In this document: piece after piece, positions 26,201-38,436 of the stretch
How the letters are laid out: each line of letters begins with the position of its first letter
Position numbering within the stretch: the stretch's first letter is position 1
Assembly: GCA_043228905.1 (NCBI GenBank)
Contig: JBHGNT010000018.1
Coordinates: forward strand, 9,114,001-9,178,000
Direction of reading: 5' to 3'
Origin: Azolla caroliniana
Taxonomy: Eukaryota > Plantae > Polypodiophyta
DNA: 64,000 nt
Translations under genes and position numbers: made by a program
The notes under the pieces: generated by a model
Told to the model about the DNA's origin: nothing
Database searches by the model: none
The model's input: the letters and a program-made list of their open reading frames with translations, nothing else

Positions 26201-29200
26201 AAGAAGAAAGAAAAATAATGGAACGAAGTACAATCTAGGAGACTTGTTAATAAACCCTAAAAAAACGTTGAAAGATATAATATATATTAAAATCAAAGAA
26301 AGCATCCCTATGGCGAACGAGTACAAATATGGGAGCTTCTTAAAATATAGGAGATATACGTAGCAATTAGGAAGCTTTTGTTGTATAAGTACTTGCTCAT
26401 ATGTAAATTAATTAGTTGAAACAATGACAATGTCTTAGTAGATGTTGAGTACATCTATTAAAAGTTTTGTCGTATTCAATCCATAATGGGCCCTATCCTT
26501 TTGGCCGGTTGGTGGTAGTTTATTATGTCCTTGAAGTCACTTTAGAAGTGTCCATAGAGCTTTAGAGGGAAACTTACGTATTGAGAAATCACTATATTAC
26601 ATGGCCAATTCAATCATACTTTTCAGCATTTTATCAAGGTTGGTAGTCATAGAAGATGACCGTCGATGGAAGCATATTAACATTCAGGTAGAGTCTAAGA
26701 GTGATGATTAGTTTATACTAAGAATGACAATTGAAGATCCTATTTACATGATTGCCAAGCTCCCTCAAAGTAAAAGTTTGATCAAGCACTTTAGACAATC
26801 GTTATCTTATTATGAACCTCTAATGGACCATCCAAATGTACAACTCCCAATCCTACATGTTAGGGATGTAACATGCAACCATATTTATCGTTAACTTCTA
26901 TGGTGTGATGCTAATGAAATTGGTATCCCGAGGACTTCTAGGTAGCATCCACATGGATACTACAACCTTCGATTCAATGACAAATAGCTTTTGTATATAT
27001 ATTATTACATGTCCTTGGGAATTTGTACATAGTTTATTTGGTACCTTAAGAATTAACTCAATTGAAATACAAAAGTAAGACTCATAAATTTGGTGTTCGA
27101 TGTTGGTAGGGAGTTTGTGAGTGATTTTGGATGTTGGATGACCTAATTTAGAATATAATCATTACCTCAACATCCTTGGATGGCCATGTCAATGATAATT
27201 TTGTAGAGGATACTGACATTATCTTCTATATTGAAACCTTAAAGTTCCATATTATGGATTTGGGCATAGTATTTACAAAATACAAGGAATATTGATCATT
27301 TAGACTTAGAATGTTTTGAACTGCAAAAAGGGTCAATGTTTTAAACTACATTGTGCCCAACTTCCTCTAACTTGGCTCCTTGATATCTTTAGCGATGATG
27401 ATCATAGTCCCTCAGTTTACAATGAGATCTAATGAAAGCTTCTCATTTTCATTCTCTTCTATTCTCCTCAACCTACATGTACCCATCATCAAATTTTTAA
27501 TAAGTAGATTATGGTAGGAGTCTAAGAGTTTATCTTCCTTATGAAGAAGTGACACTAAATGTAGGGTATGTAGTCACAAGAACCAACACCACCATATACG
27601 GAAATTTACACAATAAACAAAGGAAAGCGCTATTTGTCCCCCCATTTTGGCTATTTGCCCCCCTTAAATAGCGCCCGATTGTTTTGGCTAACCCACCCAC
27701 ATTGAAGATACAGTCGCCGGTGGAGATCTCATCGTACAGTGCTTGAATTAGCGAGCGCTCGTCAAGAAACTCGGCTCTTGCAACCACTTTTTCGTTGTAG
27801 ATTTCTTTCCTGGTGGTCCATTGATTTCCGGTTTTTTCTCTCAAGTAGGCCAGAGTTGAAGCCGCACCAGTTCCAGCATTTGCCATGTCTCGAACAATGG
27901 CTTTTTCTGTTTCAGTTAGTCTACGAGCTGTTGATATACCACCGAGATTGTCAAAAATAGGATGGTTGTGTGCAATAGCTGCCTTTTTAAAAAATTGGCG
28001 GGATAGCTACCCTAAGGTGAGAAATTGGGGGGCGGGGGACCAAAATGGGTTGAGGGGGGGGGGGGGGGGTAGCCAAAACGAGGGGGCACTATTTAGGGGG
28101 GGCAAATAGCGCTTTCCTAAACAAAATGTAGCAACATATTAGTTAGTGCATAATGATTATATAGATTAATTATAATGAATAAAAACATGTCATCTACTCT
28201 AAAGTAGCCAAATATTGATACAACCTAGAGGCTTTGAAGATTCATATGGTACCTTTCCATGCCCTATTTCATGTCCTCTTCAAGATCTTCGTTTTTCCAT
28301 CTTTTTCCCCTCCTTCGAGTAAGAACCCCAACAATTAGCCCAAGTAAGGAAAAGAAAGAGACATGGCCCCATATCTACTCTCACCACACATACCAAGAAA
28401 TCCCAAAATCAACGAAAAGAAGAAGAAGAAGAGGATAGGAGTTCTCATGTTAAATGCTCATTGCATCCCCTTTCAACCCCAAAATGAGCCCGAGTCCCTC
28501 AATTCCTCTTTTTATAGTGAGAGAAGAAGGTCATCCACTCCATTAAATGCGCACTCACTTCCCTCCCATCAAAACTACAAAAAAATAGTCAAGATAATAC
28601 CCCCACACACGTGTTAAGATTTGAACCCTAAACATTCCCCACACAATTAATAGCCTAACATGTAGGTGATTGACTTTTTACTATTATAAAAAAATAAAAC
28701 TTATATCTGCATGTTTACATTGATTTCGCCATTGTTACATTCTCACCCACTTTTTCTACTTATTCCTCCTTCGGACCCACAACATCATGACAACACAAAA
28801 TATGCTTTGATGCTTCTGCAATGTCGAGAATTTCAATGGAAAGAGGAGTAATTCTCATTAAAGTGTTCATTGTCCTAAAGACAACATCATATGTTTTGCA
28901 TCGGATGAAATGCTTCACTACACCTTATAAATTCACATCGCAAAAATGTTTATCCATGTGGTTAATTGGGAGAGGAACGCAAACAATCGCCCTGAGTATC
29001 AACTCAATGAAGTCATTCATAGTATTTAACATGGAAATTCATAGTATTGGGAGATAGCAACTGTTAGTAACCTTAGTATTATGTTATGAATTTGTGCATT
29101 ATATAATATACATAGATCTACATCACGATCTATAATTTATTATATTTGAGATTTGAAGTTATAATAATAAATAAAATGTATTTACTTGGAAATGATGGAT

Positions 29201-32200
29201 TTATAGATATGAAGGAAATAACATTCCATGTATTCCAAACGATGCTACTTGCTTGGGTCCGCCTTCACCAAAACCAGCCAAAAATAACATTGGTTTGATC
29301 ATTGGAGCAAGTGTTGGGGCTATACTATTTATTATTATCATTATAGTAGCAATTCTATTCCTTGTGAAACGGAGAAAGAATCGAGAAAATGTCATAAGTC
29401 AATGTCAACTAGTACAACCTACAACGCATAAGTACCAAGATCCTCATGGTATGTTGTAATATCCTCAATAGTAAGGAGGTTTTCTTTCGCCTTAAGGTTT
29501 TTTTGATACTAATGATTCACCATTCACATTTAGAATTATTATGCTTGTAATGACTTTAAAATATTTTTAAATTAAACTTTTGAATGGTACTAACAATGTT
29601 TTATTTTATGTATAGTTAATGTTGACGAAAAAGTACTAATTAAGAAACAAGACCTAATTGATGCCACTAATATTGCCCAACAATTCACATATCAAGAGAT
29701 TGCAATTGCAACGGATAATTTTTCGATGATCCTTGGTCAGGGTGGTTTTGGTTTAGTATATAAGGGGAACCTTCCAAATGGTTTAGATGTAGCAGTTAAA
29801 ATTTTATCACGCGCCTCACAACAAGGATCACAAGAATTTCTAAACGAGGTATTTCATATTCTGTTTTATTTTTAGATGTATTTATTATGTTTTATTAGAA
29901 CTAAGGGAATGATGATCCTTGTATGCAATGTCTTTAAAGTCAATTTCTTTTCCATAAACTTTTTTGCACTAGAATTGATCATACATCTACATTGCTTTAC
30001 TTTCTCAAAGTCTCGTGCATAGGGCTTAAGTGAATTAATTCAATCTTGAAAGAAAGATGATTCTTTATACCGTATTCTATCAAATCCCTTAACTTGGCTT
30101 TGTTTGAAATTTTGCACTTTTAGCCAATGTTATTAGACAATTTGCATCTGTCACCATGAGTCAAATATTAAATGGATTAACGTAGATTTGTTAAGGTTAA
30201 TATCCAATCATTTCGTAAAAGGAATCTTTTTGAATATTACAACTATGAGAGTTTAGGATTATTCTTAGTAATATTGATTCATATAATTCAAGAAATTGTT
30301 GTTAAATGGCATGTTTTGACAAACTTACATGAGGCCATAATTAGTTAATCCAATTTGATGCAAAATAGTATTACAAAATGATATGGATTAAACAAACACA
30401 CCAAATGACATGCTCTAGTAGATGGCAAGCATGTGTTCATGTTCTAGTAGGGTTTACATTACTTTTATAGAGTAGAGATTAAAGTTTGCCATGATCTGAC
30501 TTAGGAAAGAAATTTCACACTATTTCCATGATGTAGTTTCTTATTGTAGAATATTTATTATATTGATGAAATTTGGAAGAACTACATAATTGGATGCTTG
30601 ACATGAAGAGGACTAGAAATACAAATGGACATATATTTTGCAGAGCTCTTTAGAAATTTCTTCATTATCATTTAGGGGGGTTAAAGTGCAAAATGTAGTA
30701 CTATGTAATGATGGTAACAATCGGCAACGGTTCGGCTCGGTTTGAGAGGGTCCAAACCGAACCGGTTTGGAACCGAACCGTAAAAAATGTTGAAACTTGA
30801 ACCAAACCGAACCGAACCACGAAACCTTTAAACTGAACCGTTAAACCTTAAAACCGTAAAAACTGCGGTTTCGTGGTTCGGTTTCGGTTTTAAACATAGG
30901 TCTATTTTTTTTAATTTTTTTTTAAAATTTATAATATTTCATTATTTAGAATTTTAAAATTTTTTAAGATGTTCCTAAAATGTGAGAATAAGAGTAAAAA
31001 TGAAAATTTTTTACTGCTAAAACCAAAACGAACCGTTGAAACTGTTAAGCCGTTAAACCACGGTTTCGTAGTTCGGTTCGGTTCAAACCGAACCGTTGCC
31101 AATTGTTAAATGATGGTAGAAATTAGACTAGGGATTGTCAAGGTTTAAAAATCAAGCCTTTTAAGGAGTTGGGAAGTACATATAGAAAACTCCTCAAAAG
31201 ATGGGTTCAAGTCCAATGGAATTTATTGCATCCAACACTCATGCACAAGCAAGCAAAACTTACAATCCCATTAATCCACAAATGCCCACTAAACTTTGGA
31301 ATAGACACTAGAGGTTTCTTCAATATATGAAGATTTTTCAAACTATATATAGAATACAAATACTCTTGATAGGATTATATTAGACAATGTTTTTTACACA
31401 TTAAAAAGTAGAAACTATCATACTTTATAAATGAAGATGCGAGTAACAAAACACAAATGTTAAGACCCCCAATCATATCACTTATTTGTGCTTCTTTCCT
31501 AAGAACTATTGAGAAAAGATGAGAAATTGTGACTTAGCTCATGAGGAACATAGAATCATTCCACTTAAAAATGTCTCCCACTTCAAAGAATTAGTGCTTG
31601 ATCTACATATTTTCTGAAAGCATACTATGTCTTTTAGATTTCAATGTTTCATTTTCCTTGTCTTATTTTTTTATCATTATGAGAACATTGTCATCATATA
31701 TTGTTGATGAGAGAGTTTTGTAATGATTAATGTGTTTGTGTGAGCACTACAATGTCACATAAATATTGAAGAATACCAATGGCTAGCCATTGTTAGAGGG
31801 CAATTCATGTTATTGTGTGAAATGAAGGCTACGGTCACAAATAAGTCATTGCTCTTTGAAGGTGGAAGAGATATTCGATGTCATATCAACAACAATGAAA
31901 TCCTTTTAACGTAGAGCCCTTTCTAGGTAGTTATGCAACTGAATGGCATTCATTAGGTTTGGTAATGTATGCGGGAGACACTAAGATGTTAATCTACCAC
32001 TTGTTGCTCACACATATCACATGTTTTGAGATGTCTCCAATAAATATCATCATGAGCATAAAGTGGTATTCTTGAGATACGTTAATACTTTAATAAGGAA
32101 ATAGTACTTAGTTTGCCAACGTTAATTGTTGCATCACATGCACAATATGGAAAGGGATTAGATAAGTTTGATGTGATTGAAGTATGTTCTTACAACTACT

Positions 32201-34128
32201 CCACTTGAATCTTGATAATTAACAACCAAAACTTTGATAAGAATCAGTTTATACATATGTTTATATTGGTTTCCACGCCCATAATGTAAGTAGCTCTTGA
32301 GTGTCTTATTCTTTAATCATGATGGGTTCTCTCATTTGGCAACTTCCTTTTCAAATTAGTATATCCTCTTTTAGTCTAATTTATATGTTGTTGATTTCAT
32401 GATATGTCGTTTCTCAATAGGCCATCAATGCCTAAGGTTTAAACATTTTTCCACCGGAAATCATCATTAACAATACATTGGATAGCTTATCTATGATTTT
32501 CAGATTTTATTATATGATTTCATGTTTATAATACAATTGTATTAAAGAAACATTTTGTTTTGGATTGTAGGTTAGTCTCCTCTCTCGTGTTCATCACAAG
32601 AACCTTGTTGGATTTGTCGGTTATTCTATTGAGAAATCACTTGTGTTGGTTTATGAATTCATGTCAAATGGTTCACTTCATGATGCCCTTTCAAGTAAGA
32701 TAAAGTATTTACTATTTACATTTGTCTCCCTTTTCTGAAATCTTATTTAATCCATGAAATCCTCACATTTCTTTTTTAAGGGTTGTATATTGATCCCATC
32801 ATACTAGGAAGTATAGGATATTCATCACATTATAATAAAAGGATAAGTAGAATATTAGAATGGACCAAATAATGCATTAATGCAATTATGAAGCCCGGAA
32901 GTGCTCTTTTCAATTCATGGAGTTAACAAGCAAGTCAAATGGATAATATAATCACTCCATTGAGGTTGCTTGTACAATACAAAACATTTTTTTCTTTGAT
33001 CATTAACATAGGGAGAAAAGAATCAAGAACTTTGACATGGCCTCAAAGATTACGAATTTTGTGTGATGCTGCACAAGGTATTGAAAGTGATAATATACGT
33101 TTTTATATCATTCGTTTTCATTTTTATATCATTGATTTTTGGAGGTTAAACAATGCTTATTATTGTAGGGCTTGCATATCTACATGATGGATGTAACATC
33201 ATTCATAGAGATGTGAAGAGTAGCAATATTTTATTATCTAGTAATTTCGAAGGGAAGATGTCTGATTTTGGGATATCAAAATTCACATCGAATGACACTA
33301 GTAATGCAACAACAAGGATAGTTGGTACTAAGGGATATTTAGACCCGGAGTAAGTTTTTATTTTTATTTTTATTTTTATTTCAAAAAAAAACTCTTTCCA
33401 TTAGTTATAAAATTTTACAAATGAGACGATTATGTACAAATCCTTGTAGGGACAGGATAGTTTATTATGGTTTAGCAAAGATGATTTTTAAATATCACTA
33501 ATAGCCAAAAAAGCATACATATATTTTAAGAAAAAACTCGTTTATCATTTTAGGATCCTAGAAAGATTATATTCCCCTAAAAGCATTAATGTTTGTCTTT
33601 CGAAATTTTTATGCTCTTTCTTTTTCCTTTTTAACGTAGGTATGCATCGACACTAAGATTGACACAAAAGGTCGATATATATAGCTTTGGGGTGGTTATC
33701 CTTGAAACTATATGTGGAAAAATGCCTATAATATCCAAAGATGCAAATCTAAAAAATATAGACATTCACATTATTGAATGGGTATGATGATCATTGCAAA
33801 CCCTTCAAAACATTATAATATTGTCAAAGGAAAGTTGGGAAATAGTTTGAAAGTATTTTTAATTGCACAGGTAAGACCTTCGTTCGAACAAGGAGTGATA
33901 CAAGAAGTTGTTGATAAACAACTTAAAGATGAATATAATTTGTCATCTATGTGGAAAGTAGCTGAGATTGCCATGGCGTGTATCCAACATGAAGGGAAAA
34001 AGAGACCTACAATGTATAATGTTTGTAATGAGTTGCATCAGGCCGACATAATGGAATCAAATCATGAAGCATCACCAATGGTTATAGGAGAAATTTCATC
34101 TATATATTCAAATGTGCAAGCTCGATGA
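23245..34128 (+). CDS. Malectin-like domain LRR receptor-like Ser/Thr kinase (LRR-I type), 14 exons, 952 aa
   Basis: Exons 23245-23350, 23526-24138, 24234-24766, 24911-25055, 25154-25225, 25697-25768, 25840-25911, 29207-29448, 29616-29848, 32571-32694, 33012-33077, 33169-33349, 33640-33781, 33871-34128. All introns are GT-AG with consistent phases, total 2859 nt. Motifs: signal peptide, [17 protein letters not shown], three 72-nt LRR exons, TM helix, [31 protein letters not shown]. Confidence 0.93.
27622..28117 (-). mobile_element. Non-autonomous Mutator-like element (MULE) in RLK intron 7
   Basis: TIR GGAAAGCGCTATTTG/CAAATAGCGCTTTCC with 8-bp TSD TAAACAAA (27614-27621, 28118-28125). The internal fragment (HP...ARRLTETEK...LAYLREK...KEIYN) resembles a Hop/FAR1-type transposase. 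Confidence 0.85.
30715..31108. mobile_element. hAT-type MITE in RLK intron 9
   Basis: TIR TAACAATCGGCAACGGTTCGG/CCGAACCGTTGCCAATTGTTA, 8-bp TSD AATGATGG (30707-30714, 31109-31116) and many subterminal AACCG motifs. Confidence 0.9.
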
Positions 34129-34589
34129 GGAATAATATGGTTAAGTACCAACATTTATATGAATGTGCATAATAAATGACAAATAATGATTAGCATCATT
34201 CTATGAGAAATCGTTTTTCAAAGTACAAGTGTATTGTCATGTAAAATTCATTGTTTATAACATTGAGCGAAATCATTAAACATTGACAGACCATGTCGAG
34301 CATGGTGCGAGCATGGTGGTTGATGTGGTGTATGGACTCTAGTTACCTTTAAATGGCGTGTACCTTAATTTTATCAATATATTAATCATGTGAATTTGCA
34401 TGTAATAATTTGTTAGACCATGTTGATGAAAAGTCATTTGACACATAAATTGGGATCTCAATGCTTGCACATCGTTCTACACTAAGTAATAAGTCTACGA
34501 TTTCACAATCTAATATTCCCTTACTTCAAGATTATTTGGTTAACAAAAATATTCTTGTAATTGGGTTTTAATTTGCTCACAATCAACTA

Positions 34590-34760
34590 ATTATTTATGC
34601 CTAAGAAATTTAATGTGTCGACATGTTTAATTATGGCTAAGACATTTATTATGTTGACGTGGGTAATTATGCCTAAGACATTTTTTGTGATGAACTTGTT
34701 AATTATGCCTACGAAATTTATTGCGTTCACTTGTTTAATTATGCCTAAGACATTTATTAT
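34590..34760. repeat. Degenerate tandem repeat, about 36-bp unit, about 5 copies
   Basis: Recurrent TAATTATGCCTAAGACATTT at 36-bp spacing. Confidence 0.75.
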
Positions 34761-35075
34761 ATTAACAATTTATATATTATACTCCATCAATAGAGTGCAT
34801 TGGACCATGACCTTTATTTTATGAAGAAGTTCTCATTAATGTTATGTTGGAAGTTGACATAGCAAGCACTTGTTTGCGTGGAAGTTGTCCTCACTCCATG
34901 TTCGTTGATCCAAATGTGGTTAAATATTTCCATTTGGTGTTGACGTTTTTTTTTGTATTAAACTCTAGCGCAAAATATGTCTTTTTCATCAAACCCTTGA
35001 TGTATCATTCAACATTTTTAATATTCCTAATTTAACTTTATTCCTCATATACATTTCCCACATCATGACACCGGG

Positions 35076-36620
35076 TGAGAGGATGTCTCTTGAATGAAGA
35101 AGTGTCGGTCTATTTCGACGTCCCCTACCTTCAAGCATACATTTGGGCAAGCCCATGTAGCTCCTCAGTTGGTTAGTCACTGCTCTAATTGTCGAATACG
35201 GTAATATAATGGATGTATTCACATTACCCATTGGACAAACTAGATTAGGCTATTTATATAGATAGCATAAAGGAAAGTTGCCCTAATTTGATTAGTATAT
35301 AACCAACTTGTAACCTAGTTTGTAAGATGATGTCACCATTCTTGTTGTAACAGAACTTGAACAATTTTGTGTGTTTCTTAGTTTCCCTCTCTCTCTCTCT
35401 CTCTCCCTCCATTGTTTGAAGTTAATCCTCCACTTTGTCTTTGTCATATCTGTTCGTTGTTCCATATCCATGAACTTGTTGTCCTTTATCATACAATGCT
35501 TTGTTTAAAACCCTTTCATTGACGATCACATCTCCAACAGTTGGTATTAGAGCTTGAGGTTTGTGTTGCTAATCGTCCTTTTGTTTCTAAAATATTAGCA
35601 CTCTAGTTTACCTATCAATCCAGCTTGAAATCTTTTGTCCAGTAACGACAAATCTACATTCTGTGAGAGGAAGAAGCACTTTGTCAAGTTCATGCTCAAT
35701 TCAGCTAGACCACACTTCAGGTAGAGCAATCGGTTTTACCTTTCATTCAGCTGTAGTCACTTCGAACAGAACCTCAAAACAATTGACTCTTGTGTTCATG
35801 CTCAATTCGGCTATATCATATTTTCAGTAGACTAGTCGGATTGTACTTTTCCCCCTAATCATAGTCACTTTTAGCAGAACTTTCGACCACATCTGGCTCG
35901 TTAGAGATGAGTCTCAAGAAGTTCGAGGACACGAACTTCATTTTTGGAAGGAGCAGATGTAGGACTATTTGATTGTGAAGGGTCAGATCGACGGATCGAG
36001 AATGAGTCTGCTCCAAAGGAATACAAGTTGAATGAGTGGACAAAGCTCAACTGTATGGCTCGTGCCACCATTCGGATGCACTTGTCCAAATCAGTTTACT
36101 ATATGGTGCAGTCATGTCCAACGACATACCAACTATGGAAGACGCAGTCAGAAAAATATGAAAAGAAGGTGAATGACAGAAAGACTTATTTGATTTTGCA
36201 CCTCTACAATCTTTGGATGAAAGAATTTGATTTAGTCCACGCACATCTTAATGATATGAAAGTATTAATTTCCAAATTTAGGCCCAAGGGATGAAGATTG
36301 ATGATGAGCTGAAAGCTCTCTTGCTAATGAGTAGTGTTTCCCCTTCATGGGAAACTTTCATTACGATCGTGTGTAACGCATCGACTATGGTCGTCAAGTA
36401 CTCCAAGATCACAAGTGCCATCTTGTCAAAAGATGCTTCGAGGAAATCATTCGTACACGAGTTAGCTAGTGGTGCCTTTGGAGAGTAGAGTTTGGCTAAC
36501 CGACCAAACAGTCAAGGAAGAGGTTCTTCCTGAGGACCAAACAATGCTAGAAGCCAAAGCAAATCAAGGATACTCGAACGTGCAACTACTACAAGAAGCT
36601 TGGACACATCAAAGTCGAAT
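35076..36620 (+). mobile_element. Degenerate copia 5' portion (LTR ending at 35539, iMet PBS 35542-35553, gag)
   Basis: CCAACA is followed by TGGTATTAGAGC. The gag reads ARATIRMHLS...LLMSSVSPSWETF with a decayed knuckle, and is cut abruptly at about 36620. The LTR start is approximate. Confidence 0.75.
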
Positions 36621-36682
36621 ACCATGCTCGTCACATCAGAAGTGGCTACATATTCAACCTCGGTCATAGAAGTAGTCGTACA
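36620..36682 (-). pseudogene. Copia RNase H fragment (CTTTSMTEVEYVA), the continuation of 54671-55285
   Basis: Starts with TGTAC on the minus strand, which is the TSD partner of 55281-55285. Confidence 0.75.
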
Positions 36683-37672
36683 TGTCACGGACACTCTTCA
36701 CCTCTTGTATATGGTCAAGTGTTATATTTGAACCAACACATCCTAATACATGGTCATATTATTTATATGTTAGTAGATTATTAGTGGATTATCTATTCCA
36801 AGTTCTACGAGTTTTTAGAAGCTTCCAGAAAGCTCCAGAAGCTTCTGCATGAAAATGGGTCGATGCATGGAACTACATGTAGAGGCCACAAACATGTATA
36901 AATACTTGTAACTTCCTTGATCCCTTTTAAGGGATTCAATGCCAGTCACTGACATATCGATCTAGTTTTCCTCGTTTCATGGCATATTGTCTCCTTGATC
37001 TTCATATTGGTCTTCATGCTCTCTAGTTACTCACAACTTCTATAGTTTCTAGCCTCATACTTCGAGTTCCACGTTCGTAACCTTATCTGTCATAGGCTCG
37101 TCATCCGTGCTTTGTCGTAGTCTAGGTTTGGTGTCTCCGTGACAGTTTGAATCCCTTCCAAATGGATGTATCACCCGACTTCGTCATCGCCTTGCTTCTA
37201 GAGTTACCATCGTCATCGTCCTTGCTTCTAGAGTTACCGTCATCAACATCCTTTCGTTTCCTATTTTCCTCGCCATCTCTATCTCCTAGTTTCTTTTCAT
37301 CGTTGTCTCTGTCTTTTAGTTTCTTCTCATCCTCCACATATCTATCTCCATGTTTCTTATCATCATCATCCCTATCTTTGTACTTCTTATCATCTTCCTC
37401 ATCCTTATCTCTGCGTTTTTTGTCATTGTCATCCTTCTCCCTCTGTTTCTTACCATTTTCATCTCTATCTATGTGTTTGTTATCATCATCATCCCTATCT
37501 ATACGTTTCTTATCATCTTCGTCCGTGTCACTGTGTTTTCTATTATCCTCAATATCTCTGTCTTTGTGTTTATATTTATCCTCAATGTCTTGATCTTTGT
37601 GTTTCTTATCCTCTTCATCTATTTCTTTGTTTCCATCATTGCCATAGTCACAATCATTGCTTCCAGAGATGC
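36683..37672 (+). mobile_element. 5' half of a non-coding LTR element: LTR 36683-37144, self-priming site 37147-37157, low-complexity internal region
   Basis: TGTCACGG...CCGTGACA, the reverse-complement homologue of 55286-55773. There is no tRNA-type PBS. Confidence 0.85.
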
Positions 37673-38436
37673 TGTCGTGAAGTTATTGCTTCACTATGTC
37701 AAAACAATGTCAAAAATCTATAAAAAGAAATTTCCCAGATGGATCTTGTAGTGAGGAGCATATGCAAATTTTCGGTTCGTGAATCAGAGTTCAAGAGCCC
37801 AAGATACAAGCTACGAAAGGATTAATGTTACTCGGGACACAAATGTAATTATGTCAAAAGGGAGAGTCAACATTAAATGAGGGCTATCTCTATAATTTCT
37901 CAAATGTACAACTACAAAATCTAATTTGTAGAATCAATAAATAAAATAATAATAAATAAATAAATAAAAATATAAAAATATAAAAAAAAAGATAAAAATA
38001 CAACCGCCTACATGAGGCAGTTTGTCAACCGCCTCAAGAGGGTGGTAGGGCCGTTGAACACCCTATATAAGCCACACCCATGGTGGCTAAAGGGGAGAAG
38101 GGGGAGAAGGAGAAAGGAAAAGAGGAAGAGAAGGAAGGAGGAACAAAAAGCGAGTGAAGAAGCTCACATGGGTGTGGGATGTAGAGCTCACCAAAGAAGA
38201 TGGTGGCTTGCATAAACCAAGACAAAAGTTAAAGAAAAGAAAAGAAATACAAGAAAAGGAAGAAGTTGAAGTGGTGTATCACAAACGCCTCTCTGCAAAC
38301 AAAAGAAAGAGAAAGAGAAATAAATAACTAGAAATCAAAGAAGTTGAAGTGGTCTACCTCGAAAGCTTCTTTTGAAACAAAGGTCCTGAGTTCAAGTTTG
38401 CCAAGTAACTTTTGGCAAATAAATGTTCTAAGTGGT
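37673..38436 (+). repeat. 5' LTR of a Phygy-like gypsy (about 30 bp missing at the 3' end)
   Basis: TGTCGTGAAGTTATTGC..., the reverse-complement homologue of 56826-57587. Confidence 0.88.

Noticed and set aside
28600-28670. Further B-box-like (GGTTCAAATC) remnants here and near 61303-61350
   Set aside because: Too degenerate to define an element or link it to the LTR module.
23245-34128. Naming the receptor SYMRK or IOS1
   Set aside because: The domain architecture is shared across the LRR-I group, so orthology needs a phylogeny.
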